20,000 bases of DNA from Priapulus caudatus. Lineage: Eukaryota. The first letter of the stretch is position 1. Each line of letters begins with the position of its first letter. The stretch is from assembly GCF_000485595.1 (NCBI RefSeq), contig NW_014577081.1, positions 310,563 through 330,562 on the forward strand. The letters run 5' to 3'. Made by a program: the position numbers and the translations under genes. Positions 1-10,316 of this stretch are shown piece after piece. Below the pieces are notes generated by a model. The model was not told the DNA's origin. It made no database searches and saw only the letters and a list, made by a program, of their open reading frames with translations.

Positions 1-41
1 GTAACATTTGTAAAACATATGTTACACTTTATTATATGTCC

Positions 42-243
42 GTGTGTGTTTGTGACGTGCGTGCGTGTGTGTATATGTATGAATGTGCATGCGTGCGTGC
101 GTGCGTGTGTGTATATATATGTAGGTATGTGCGTGCGTGCGTGCGTGTGTGCGTGCGTGTGTGCGTGTGTGTATATATGTATGTGCGTGCGTGCGTTTCG
201 TGCGTGCGTGCGTGCGTGCGTGCGTGCGTGTATGTGTGTGTGT
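42..243. repeat. Compound (GCGT)n/(GT)n/(AT)n microsatellite
   Basis: Runs of gtgcgtgcgt, gtgtgt and atatat are directly visible. They explain the CVRA/HART ORFs. Confidence 0.95.
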
Positions 244-855
244 GGCACTACATCGGCATATACTCACTGCAGGGTTGATGTTTAGCTTCAGAAGCTGCTC
301 GGTTATTTTTGTGCGATAAACTCTAGAATAGGGAAGTAAGAGATTATGCAGCTAGTGCTAGAGCAGCAAACGAGATGGCCAAAAATTAATTACCATAATA
401 CGATTAGTATTCGTTGATTTGCAAGTGATTTAATAACAGCGCGGAGAGTAACACATGCAATCAAGGGAAAATGAGGCGCGCACGCCTCTCCCCTAATACT
501 GACCCTGGCATCCCAGAAACCCCAACTATTAACAACAACGGCCTCATTATGGGCCGTTCGCTTCATTTCCACTTCCTTTTTCAACATTCGCTGACCTGAT
601 TAAGCGGTCGTCGTGAATGCTGATATTTATGTTTGACCTTTGCGAGCACGATTGTGTATTGTCGCGGGTTCTCAAGCCATCTCGGCGTGTGCGCGCGAAC
701 TCAGGCCGGCTTGTCCCCGTTTTCTAGGGGAGAGTGCATGGTGTGATTGTCATGCAGGGAAATCAATAAAGAGATTGGCCGTTTGATTTTTGCAGCTAGC
801 CGAGCTTGCGAGCGTGCACGATGCCATTATGTAGCTACTAGCCACATGCGCGCTC

Positions 856-1020
856 TCGTCCCCTTTCTTGCTCTTCTTTTCCTTCTTACCTTCCTGCGTC
901 GTTCTCCTATCTTCACTCTCTCCCTCGTTCTGCCTCTTCTTCGATGCGTGTGTGTATGTACGTGCCATGCTTCTGTGTACGTTTCACCAGTCTTCATTTC
1001 TTCCGTGTCCTTCTTTCGTC
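856..1020. repeat. Pyrimidine-rich low-complexity tract
   Basis: CT-dominated sequence (ctcttcttttccttctt...). Confidence 0.6.
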
Positions 1021-1445
1021 ATTTACGGTGGCCTGTTTCTGTGCTTCGGGCACATCGGCTGCTAGATGTGCTCTCGCTACAGACATATTATGCTAAGAAA
1101 GCCGTATAGTCACAATGACTTTGTGCTCATGCAATATGGATGGCATTTTCTAGTATGCGAAAAATCTTATGACGTACACACTTCGCTCGGTGTGTGATGT
1201 ATTGATCCGTCTTATAATTGCAGGTTATCTATGACAATAAGGTGGCCAGGCAAATTTGCTACTCGGATGAATGTACTATGTGTCTAACATGGGTTAAACA
1301 ACTTGTTTGTCACGCCGAAGTGTTGTTTTCGTCTGTATCTGTGCGTTGAAATTTGTTGTTATTTGTTATTATTGTTGTCTGTTCTCGCGGGTGTTCAAAC
1401 GCCGGTCTTTTACGGACACATTTGTTCTTCGGCGACATATCGCAA

Positions 1446-1447
<2 letters not shown>

Positions 1448-1485
<38 letters not shown>
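1448..1485. repeat. (TTA)n microsatellite
   Basis: Perfect ttattatta run. Confidence 0.95.
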
Positions 1486-1677
1486 GTTTTGTTATTGTTG
1501 TAACCATGTACATCGTCAATGAGGTGTGTGGAAGGGAAATATCCCACCGGGGAAGATTTTCCACTGAGTTTCCTTGTTTACGGGAGTGAGTATTGGTAGC
1601 AGGAATTCGTCACTGAGAGACTTACATCTATCCCTCTCACTGTTTTACTTCGCATGACTCATATTTTGATTCCCATG

Positions 1678-2031
1678 AGGTTGCCGACAAAAGGTCACGT
1701 TGTACTGTTTGTAACTTGAATGGATTCGACAGGCAGGATACATTCACACTGGTCATGGCTACCAGGCTACGTGCGTGTTGTCCGAATGATTATTCACCCG
1801 GTCGCTGCATAATTGATTCTGAACTTTAATAATTAACAGAATAGCCACTTCCATTAATATTTCATTGCGAAAAACTGCAAAGACGTGTCCATGTTTTCTA
1901 ATTTGGGCAGGAACCCTTATGATGTTGTTTTGAAGTACATGTGTCATCGGTATTGTTATGACCATCCTTTGACCGAATCCTTTAAATATTCGATTTACAT
2001 CGTCTCCACTGATGACTATGACTCTGACTGA
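1678..2031 (+). pseudogene. Possible decayed BIR-domain (IAP-like) coding relic
   Basis: Manual translation with frameshifts gives RLPTKGHVVLFV/LEWIRQAGYIHTGHGYQATCVLSE*LFTRSLHN/DS. This tracks the BIR consensus RLxTF..WP...P..LAxAGFYYTGxGDxVxCxxCG..LxxW...DDP. A downstream frame reads YFIAKNCKDVSMF...STDDYDSD* and ends at 2031. Stops and frameshifts are present, and the His/Cys ligands are not cleanly placed. Confidence 0.35.
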
Positions 2032-2789
2032 CGTAGATGAATTCAACCTAATTAGCGCATATTATTGTGAAGATTAGTGGTGTATGAAAATCTACGTGAA
2101 AGGGATTGTCATTATCATATATTTCAATTGAGACGTGTAGAATTTAATAATCATGTATATTTTCTCATATTAAATGTAATTTGCAGAACGGACATCCGTG
2201 TCAGACCGCATATTTATAATTTTATAATTTTTTTAATTTGTGTGTACTGTTTTGTGTTATTACTGCTACGCCAGGCAAGGGTATCTTAAATTTGTTTGAT
2301 GCTGATAACTCGATACTTCGTGCGTGGGGTGTATTTCTTGGCGGCAAGGTGAAGACCACTACCCATGATTTTAGCCGTTCTGATATTCACTGAAGATATA
2401 CATGGTTGATATCTAGCATGGTACTCAATGTCGTTCAAATTGAACTATTACTATATTATTATATTTAGCTAGTAAATATTTATGCAATCCAAATAGAATT
2501 AGAATAAACTTATTGCATTCTCCGTTGTTTACTCAACGAAAGCATCCAAACGTGTGAACACGTGCCTTTATTTTAAGATGGTTGCTCATTTTTCCTGCAT
2601 AAAGACTCCCGTTTTGTAATTTAGTGACTAAAAAGTGTGTAAAGTAGAGCAAGCGTGCTAGGATTACTACGGATTTTGTCACTACTCGTCTGATGCGAAC
2701 TTCGGGCGACTAAGATGTCGACAAAAAATCGTTCCTCCGGTTTACATTTACGGTAAGTTAGATCGTAGACGAACGTTGCGTTGGCGTTG

Positions 2790-3520
2790 TTCGGGGGGTG
2801 TGTAGCTCGTAGGTCGTCGCTGTGCTTGACGTCCTGTTACATCGGCGCCTCCTCATACTCTACCGCCGCCTCTGTTGCACGGCGCCAGGGAGGTTTGCTG
2901 GGGCAAATGTAATCGTATATACGAGTGCACCCTCCGAAAAGATCTGCTTATCATTTGCATCTCTCATGAAAGCGATCGGCTAACCCGCTGTTACTGTTGC
3001 TCTGCGATTGTAGTCTATGAGCGGGGGGGGGGGGGTTCAGTCGATGACCCCGCCGCTGCCGATACTCCTTTCCGCTTTCGATTCCACGTGCGTGAGCTGG
3101 GACGAGATTTCATATCGACGTCGCGTCGCTCGCGTTATTGGTTGGCTGCGCCTGGTGATCGGCAGCTGCGGCACTCATCTGGGAGGGGGATGTTCGGCGT
3201 GCAGTAGCTGCAGACGAAGCGTGTGCTGCGTGGCTGCTGCTGTTGTGCATGCACGCCGTCGTCGGTTCGCTTCGCCGTGTATATCCATCCATCCACTCGC
3301 GGCTCCGGGGTGCTATATCCGTCTCTGTGTCGGAGCGCGATTGTGTCAGTGTCTGCCAATCTTGTACGGAGTGGTGGGTGCATCGCGCTGAGATAACTCG
3401 CCGGACAGTGCTCGCGGTTTATCACCGGCAGACGCCCGATGAGGTGATCCGCACGCCGCGCAATGTGATTTGGAGCCGCGCGGAGAGCACTGCATTTACC
3501 GTTACTGATATACAGTAAGA
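2790..3520 (+). promoter_or_regulatory. CpG-rich promoter-like island with candidate non-coding first exon ending at a donor at 3514/3515
   Basis: GC/CpG-rich segment with a G13 run (3023-3035), octamer ATTTGCAT near 2953, ATTGG (inverted CCAAT) at 3137-3141 and ACA|GTAAGA at 3515, followed by a drop in GC. Confidence 0.45.
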
Positions 3521-4447
3521 GAAATTTCTTCGCAGTGCACGATGCCTATAGATTTACTGCCTTGTGATCGTCATCTTTGTCGCCGTGTTTTGGATATCCA
3601 GTAGACAGACCACCTATAGGATGGTGGGATTATTTATTTAGTGATGTAATTAGAAGGCAATAAGCGCGTTCATGTCGTGCCTAGTCCCGCGCAGTTTGTG
3701 ACTTTGTGATAGCGTTTGTGTTTATGTACCGTTTCTTATGGCGTATATGAAGTGTAACGATCGAACCTTGACGGGGTAATTGGGTGTCAAGAAAAAAATG
3801 AGCAGAAAATATTAAAATGCGCTGCATCCGCATTTGCATACGTTTAATGCGCGTGACCTAATTCCTTATGAATGCGGAAGATGGTTTGGATGCTCGGTGC
3901 AGCGGTGAGTATAAGAAGTGGTCGGGTGAAAATAGTTGAAACTATTTACAAATTAGTCATAATGCAGGATAGCTTTTCTAGCCAACAGTACGCCCGTGTC
4001 AGATTGTTGGCTCTGTATATAAATACGTAAATATAAATTAGGGGTCGACCGCAGCCACTGCACCCCCTATTTGCACAAGGCGGCTCTTCTATGGTGCCAG
4101 CTTCCAACTATAATGAGGGTGTTAACGACCATTCTTATATCGTTGAGGGACTGGCATCAGTTATCTATACAGAAGTGTGACCGGGCAGCAGAGAACCCCC
4201 TCCGGAGCGTTATCACGAACTAATCACTGCGGTCACTTTAAGATTAATCAGATGCTAATCTGAATGCTCATCATGATTTACATATAAATTGCGCTAATTA
4301 AAATATAAATATGAACTTTTACCCTCTAAAACGGAGAGAGTGTCGCACGAACGCGTGAAGTTGTTCCCGCATGTGAAGCCATTTCTAACGGCTGAAATCC
4401 TAGTAGGCATGCATGGTTAGATTGTGTGCTTCATCCTAGTACTGTAG

Positions 4448-4600
4448 AGAAAATAGCGAGAGAGAGCGTACGTATGAGAGAGGAAGAGAGAGAGAGAGGG
4501 CAGTGAGAAGGATAGAGTGCCAAAAGAGGAAGCGAAGAAAAAGGCTACGAAGCATAACAGCGAGGAAAGAAAATCGAGAAAGGGGACCGGGAAGAGATGC
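4448..4600. repeat. Purine (GA)-rich low-complexity tract
   Basis: gagagaga/gaagaaaa runs. Confidence 0.7.
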
Positions 4601-5411
4601 GGAATTTCCTTTCTAGTATGACTCATGGTCGTTATTGATTTTCGTTTGGCCGCCTGCAAAAACCAAGTTGTTCAACCTCGCAGGGAAACAACGTAAATGG
4701 TTGGGGACCTTGTAGTGAGAAAAAAACACGTTGACCGAACAACGTATAGCGACGCTCGGAGGCAACGTTGGCTTTTTACGGTGCAGGCAAATTGTGCTCT
4801 TGGCACCTCATTATTACGTCCGTGATTTGTTGAATTTGGTGATCGGCGGCGGGTGGCATGCAATAAGTACAGCTATATTCTCCTACTACCATGCTGCACG
4901 AATATTCTGCTGCATCGTGTGAGAGACGTATATGTTGCTACTGCTCTTCGCTTCACAGTACAATGCCAACTCCGGATTGAGTGAGGCGGCGGCGGGCGGG
5001 TAGAATGAATTCATATAGAAATCACGATCAATTCTATTTTTGTGCTGGTTGGTGTTGGCTCGGTGCATGGCTGCAATCATGGACATGGTGCTATTGCAGC
5101 AGACTGTACTAGGCGACGTTAGCATGCCGAGGCGCTTGCTGCATGCAGGGACGTTGGGTCGGTGCGGTCTGACGTTGGAACTTTATTTGACAATTGTTGT
5201 GTGGTGTCATTATTGCAATGACTAATTTTGCCATGTGCGTGCTTCTCTAGAGGTTCGTGGCTAGTATTTTAGCCGTTGAATGCAGGTATAGTATGTGGGC
5301 AGGTATTCATACACGTCGAGCACTGCAACACGCCAGGCTATGCCTGAAGCGTAATGTCAAATCTCAAAATGCTGGCCGCAGGGATCGTGTCCAAGATCGT
5401 GTTCTAATCTT

Positions 5412-5670
5412 AGATTCTGTTCCCTATGCAATGACGGGTCAATAGATGATGAACTCCACCTACTCTATGACTGCACTGCCATCAACCACATCAGAAAAAA
5501 AGATAGAAGACAAATTTATACACTTCACATTCCTAGGCAAATCATCCATAAAATGGTTATTCATCACAAATCATGTGGCCGATCTCCTCGAACTCTCAAA
5601 GTTTATCGAAGATTCATTCAAGCTACGACAAGATCCACCCACAACACAAAATGGTGAGATATACAAATAA
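5412..5670 (+). mobile_element. Non-LTR retrotransposon ORF2 C-terminal relic (RTE-X-like CCHC zinc knuckle)
   Basis: Translation RFCSLCNDGSIDDELHLLYDCTAINHIRK (C-x2-C-x9-H-x4-C). After a frameshift in the A7 run (5495-5501) it continues IEDKFIHFTFLGKSSIKWLF...LSKFIEDSFKLR...*. This matches the RxCxLC...IEDExHFLxxC...R / LxKFI...xKxR end of LINE reverse transcriptases. Confidence 0.75.
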
Positions 5671-5869
5671 TAAACTAAATCACACCACATATCCCAAGCT
5701 AAATACAGAGAGGTTTAGACCAACAGTCGGGCTTTACTCGTCCTACATCTGAACTCAGGGCGCCTGCAGTTTCCGATACCAAACGTTACTATCTGCGGCA
5801 ACCGATACCACGCGATACTTACCGAGATAGTCTATACTCACATGAAACTTGTTCGTTAGCGTAATTTAG

Positions 5870-6144
5870 GAGTTTGTATTTTATTACACTAGTTTGAAGT
5901 GTTGTTGTTTTTTGGATAGAACGTTAAATTATGTTAAATAACAAAAAAACATATTATCATGTATTATGATGTAACATCACTAACATGTGTCATGCAGTCA
6001 TGTCAAAGTAGTCAAAGGCACATCGTTTCTCTCGTTTTTATTAGCCTAGGAATTTGTTTTATTGTAGTTTGTAGCATATTTGCCTGTATGATCTGCGATT
6101 ATCTGTGCAATAAACTTTGTTTGAATTTGAATTTGAATTTTGAA
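5870..6144 (+). mobile_element. LINE-type 3' UTR with AATAAA and (TTTGAA)n tail
   Basis: AT-rich stretch, AATAAA at 6109-6114, then tandem TTTGAA (6120-6144). It may belong to the upstream RTE-X-like relic. Confidence 0.45.
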
Positions 6145-6948
6145 GTCGTATATCTTCTTCCCAGCCGTGTGAGGATGTGAGCTTTACGTAATATTTCCAC
6201 TGCATTTCGTTTCTTTACTTGCCATATTGCTCCTTGCAACTGTGTACAAAGTCGGACGAATAGCGCCAGTGGCTGCTTTTGCTAAAATATATAGACAGCG
6301 CGTTTGGTCGGCCTGGTGGTTAAATCTCGGTTACTTCGCACGCAGCTGCTCTATTCAGCAGATTTAGCCTGCTTGCTTACTGTAGGGCATCGGCACAGCA
6401 TGTACACGCTTTTCCGTGCAGTCTGATGCCTCCCAAACAGATATCTTTCCATAGTGTGTCCCTGCTCTCAAACCGCGTACAGCAAGCTGAGAGCAGTAGT
6501 GGTATTTTTGGAAACAGCGGAAAACTGCACTTGGGAAGCGGATTGCGTTACTGCCACGGCGACCTTGCCCGCCAGTTTTCTAAACTCGCTCGCTCTGCTT
6601 ACATGTTCTGCAGACGCTGAGCATGTTAATGGCTTCCCTGTTTCCATGGCACCCGTACACGAGCGGTGCAGCGCGCCGCGTAAAACGTTAGAGGTAATCC
6701 ATTAAAGGTGTTTTTCGCGCGGCGAATGCAATGGGCGATGTTTCTGATGAAGTTACTTCGTGTGCTAGCAGCGTAGGTAATCTATTCATAGTTCAGGAAT
6801 GCGCAGTGTGATGTACGTAGGTGGTGCATTTTTATTGTACGCCAGTTCACGCATCCAAGTGATATGATCAGATAAGTATACGTAATATGTGATAAGTGTG
6901 CAAATCCTATTATTGCAATCAAAGTGTGTAATACAGGTTGGTGCTCAC

Positions 6949-7002
6949 CATAGAAATAATATAGATAGACTATCTAGATAGTCTATCTATATTATTTCTA
7001 TG
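6949..7002. mobile_element. 54-bp perfectly palindromic micro-MITE with 8-bp TSD (P-superfamily-like termini)
   Basis: CATAGAAATAATATAGATAGACTATCT|AGATAGTCTATCTATATTATTTCTATG is a perfect palindrome. It is flanked by GTGCTCAC (6941-6948) and GTCCTCAC (7003-7010), 7/8 identical. Confidence 0.75.
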
Positions 7003-7079
7003 GTCCTCACTAATCCAGAGCTTGGGACCATACCGATTCCGGATTAGTGAAAATTCCTAAACCCCGAAGCTGAGGTTAA

Positions 7080-7553
7080 GGATACTGTTAGGGTTGGGAG
7101 GGGATTTTCGGTTGAAATTTCAAAAAAGGAAAAAAGCCTACATGGAATTTAAAATTTTTTTTTAATATTTTATAAGTTATGGTTCTTTATTTACGAAATT
7201 GTTGCGTTTCGAAAATTACAAATTTTCGTACTTTTTTTCAACTTATTTCCAAAATTAAAGCATTTAAAAAACTTCTAGGGACCTTTTTTTAGTTAATATT
7301 ATGAACAACTTATGGTTAAAAGTTTAGGTCCCAACTCTTTGCTGTTTCTGAGAAATAACAAAAAAACAACATTTTTTTGTATAAATTCACAATTTTTGCC
7401 GTCAATTAATTAGCGATGAATTAAAAAAAATATTTCATCAAGTGCGTAGCGAGACATCTCTCTTATGTAACTGATGAGTTTGATTGAATTTGATGAGCAG
7501 TTATTTTGCAATTCCCTTTACAGTGTTACCTGTCCGTAACCCCAACAGTAACC
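7080..7553. mobile_element. Non-autonomous DNA transposon (Kolobok-like MITE) with TTAA TSD
   Basis: TTAA|GGATACTGTTAGGGTT ... AACCCCAACAGTAACC|TTAA gives 16-bp TIRs (14/16). TTAA lies at 7076-7079 and 7554-7557, the interior is very AT-rich, and the termini are purine-purine. Confidence 0.75.
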
Positions 7554-7642
7554 TTAAAAGAAGGGATGCATACAATACCAATGCAATATACATACTGCAT
7601 GCATTATTACTGGTATCAGTACAACTTATATAGAAATAAACC

Positions 7643-7755
7643 TGTGTGTGTGCTTACTTGTGTGTGTGTGTGTGTGCGTGTGTGCGTGCGTGCGTGCGTG
7701 CGTGCGTATGTGCGCGCTCGTGTGTGCGTGTGCGTGTGCGCATGAGCGCGTGTGT
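7643..7755. repeat. (GT)n/(GCGT)n microsatellite
   Basis: Directly visible runs. Confidence 0.95.
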
Positions 7756-7851
7756 ACTTGTTACGCGTTTCTAAGAATATGCTCGCCATCACATCTGCTA
7801 TCTACGGTAGTTTATGTTGCTGCATGCTTGTCGGTGTGCATCAGCAATAGC

Positions 7852-7900
7852 TGTAGCTCTAATACTATAGCCCTTCGCTCTGCCGCATACTAGAGCTACA
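7852..7900. mobile_element. 49-bp TGT...ACA inverted-repeat element with 5-bp TSD
   Basis: TGTAGCTCTAATA ... TACTAGAGCTACA (12/13 inverted match), flanked by ATAGC at 7847-7851 and 7901-7905. Confidence 0.5.
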
Positions 7901-8530
7901 ATAGCTGGCTCTGTGAGGAGTGAGTGTTCGCAGGCACATTTGCAACGAGTTGTGTTATATACTATGCCGCTGAACATCTCGATATGGCGGCCATAGGCTC
8001 ATAGTGAAGCCACCGGCGCTGTTGGCAGTGTGTCTTTGATTAAACGAAGCTACGAGTTGCTAATGCCTACACGACTTCTTATTAAGCAGGAGCAGTTATA
8101 TTGACGACAGCGGCGACAGATCGTATATGTATATGAATATGGATAGCGAAGTTAATTGGCACCCTCTGCTCGCCATCTGTTTATTTCATACAAGCTGCCG
8201 TCTTGGGATTAAAGTTCATGGCAAATAATTCTCTTCCTGATCGATGATGTATAAGCTGTACAATATTCGTGCGTATCACATTGCCGGGCTGTCTATGGAT
8301 ATGGGATGCATGCACGCGGCGAGGACCACGAAGGAGAACTTCGTGGATTAATTATAGTCTGTGGCGGCCGCCAGCATACAAACGAAGCAATTCTGCGTCA
8401 TCGTTGCATGATATTGAGTGTCCGACGCGAGGCTAAGTTCATGGTGTTGCATAATGCCACCAGTGGAAACGCTTTATTCGTGATAACAGATCCGTGTTTT
8501 GGGGCATGCTGTAGTGCTAGTAGGGGAAGC

Positions 8531-8790
8531 AAGTAAGTATGTGAGTAAGTAAGTACTCTTTATTTTCATCGGTACAGGACATACAGAATAACATGAGCTC
8601 TTGAAATAGCTCTTAAACCGATCTCAAACAAATGTATGATAACAGAATATATGGTAGTATGACATGACTTAGAAAGGATTTTGTTACATATCACATTTGA
8701 GACAGATAAAATGATTAAAATTGATGAAATGATAAAAAAAGACAAGATCTGAATCTGAAAACAATGAACAGTGGAAATTCTAAGCATTCT
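8531..8790 (-). mobile_element. LINE/SINE 3' end relic with AATAAA and (TTAC)n tail
   Basis: On the minus strand a T-rich UTR-like stretch leads to AATAAA (8559-8564) and then tacttacttactcacatacttactt. Confidence 0.45.
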
Positions 8791-8845
8791 CTCGTGAGTT
8801 ACTCATTTAGTAATAAATTGGTAGACTGGCGGGCCTATTGATGTC

Positions 8846-9152
8846 TGTAGTACTAGCCGGGACTTATTCTGAGCACTGTGAGTCATTTAACAATAGGCTG
8901 GTATTCGGTAGCGTGCAACCGGTTTCTTGGGAACAGAGAAAGGGTTATGGGTGACACGTGTGAACTAGGGTAGGGGTATAAATACTATGTTTGATTGAGA
9001 ATCGAGGAGTCAGTGGTAGTTGTAATCGAGGCCAGACTGTTTGGTGCGCGTGTTTTGAAATAATACACTGCTCTGTAGTATTTTGAGTTTTCTATTATAA
9101 ATCCTAAATTGTATTATATATACACTCTGCTGTAATAATTAACCCAGTTACA
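8846..9152 (+). mobile_element. Possible solo LTR
   Basis: TGTAG...TTACA ends, TGAGTCA (8879-8885), GGGGTATAAATA (TATA at 8977) and TCAGT Inr at 9010-9014. No TSD was found, so the left boundary is uncertain. Confidence 0.35.
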
Positions 9153-9317
9153 CTGAATATTAATTATTTTTGATGTAGGGAAGTGAAATGTCACAGTGAG
9201 GGCATGTTCTGATTATCCAGCGAGGCTATGGTCCTTCTATTCCTGAATGAAGACCGGCAGATGATGCGTGAATGCATGACTGTAGCAGATATTAATGCCA
9301 AATCTGTTAACTGTATG

Positions 9318-9352
9318 TATATATATATATATATATATATATAAACATATAT
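9318..9352. repeat. (TA)n microsatellite
   Basis: Direct. Confidence 0.9.
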
Positions 9353-9636
9353 ATTACAGTGATCAATAAAGAGTTAGGTTGCGCATACATAATATAAGCT
9401 CACATAGCGCAAACTTGGAAGCTGCTCCGTGTCTAGGGACCCGCATGCATTATGCAACAGATGCATTGACGTCAGTGCCTCTGCTGTGTGCTGAAGCCTT
9501 CTGCTCACCCTCTCTGCTGCCCCATCTATACTCACTTATCACAAATGCTTCTTGTGTAGTAGTTTTGGGGACGGCGACCTTTAGAAATAGGCATTTCATT
9601 GAGTATCAAAGCCTGTCAGCCGTCGATTGATAGGCG

Positions 9637-9804
9637 GCCAGCTCTACTAGCTATCTGCCAGCTCTACTAGCTATCTGCCAGCTCTACTAGCTATCTGCCA
9701 GCTCTACTAGCTATCTGCCAGCTCTACTAGTTATCTGCCAGCTCTACTGGTTGTCTGTTAGCTCTACTAGTTATCTGCCAGCTCTACTGGTTGTCTGTTA
9801 GCTC
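9637..9804. repeat. 20-bp minisatellite (GCTCTACTAGCTATCTGCCA), about 8.4 copies
   Basis: Units start at 9641, 9661, 9681, 9701, 9721, 9741, 9761 and 9781. The last four form two identical 40-bp dimers. Confidence 0.95.
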
Positions 9805-10316
9805 AATATCTGTACGTTATCATTGATGCAGCAAATACGTGAGCAGAAGTAAGTTGTGACCAAGGCGATCATGTTTGAGGTGCGATGGCAACCGGCGCGT
9901 GTGTCCGTGTGCATATTGAGCTGATGATATGCCCGCATGTGTAACGATACAGTGAATTACAAACTGAATTACACCGCCTGCAGATTACACCGTGCTATTA
10001 AATGATTACTTGCACACGATGATAGGTAATACTTGTATGTATGAATGGGCGTTCAAATGTCTGACGCATTTTTCAGCTAAATTGCTGCTGCGGGCGCGTT
10101 TATAGTTCATCTCTTGGGTACGAATGCGCACTTCGTATCATAGCTAGTACCTTTATGCCAATTAGAGCAATGTAGCTTGTTCATGCGGGGAACGTGGGCC
10201 TATGCTCTACTCGAATAATGAGTTAAACCCTCACATCAGCGCGATACCTAGAATTTAATGGCGTTATCCTCGCGGGGATTTATCCGAAATCATTTGTTCG
10301 GCCGGCAATGTGAAGT

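Noticed and set aside
19..319. Several overlapping ORFs
   Set aside because: They are translations of the (GCGT)n/(GT)n microsatellite.
1587..1616. Two in-frame TGA codons as selenocysteine
   Set aside because: No SECIS or selenoprotein motif was recognised, and pseudogene decay or chance is simpler.
4039..4069. TAGGGG...CCCCTA mini hAT-like element
   Set aside because: The inverted match is very short and there is no 8-bp TSD.
6455..6693. Open frame between AG and GTAATC as an internal exon
   Set aside because: Splice signals are modest and the peptide is unrecognisable.
8306..8536. 76-aa ORF ending at GTAAGT donors
   Set aside because: The donors are part of a (GTAA)n retroposon tail on the opposite strand.
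9637..9804. CRISPR-like regular repeats
   Set aside because: The units are contiguous with no unique spacers, there are no cas genes, and the context is eukaryotic.
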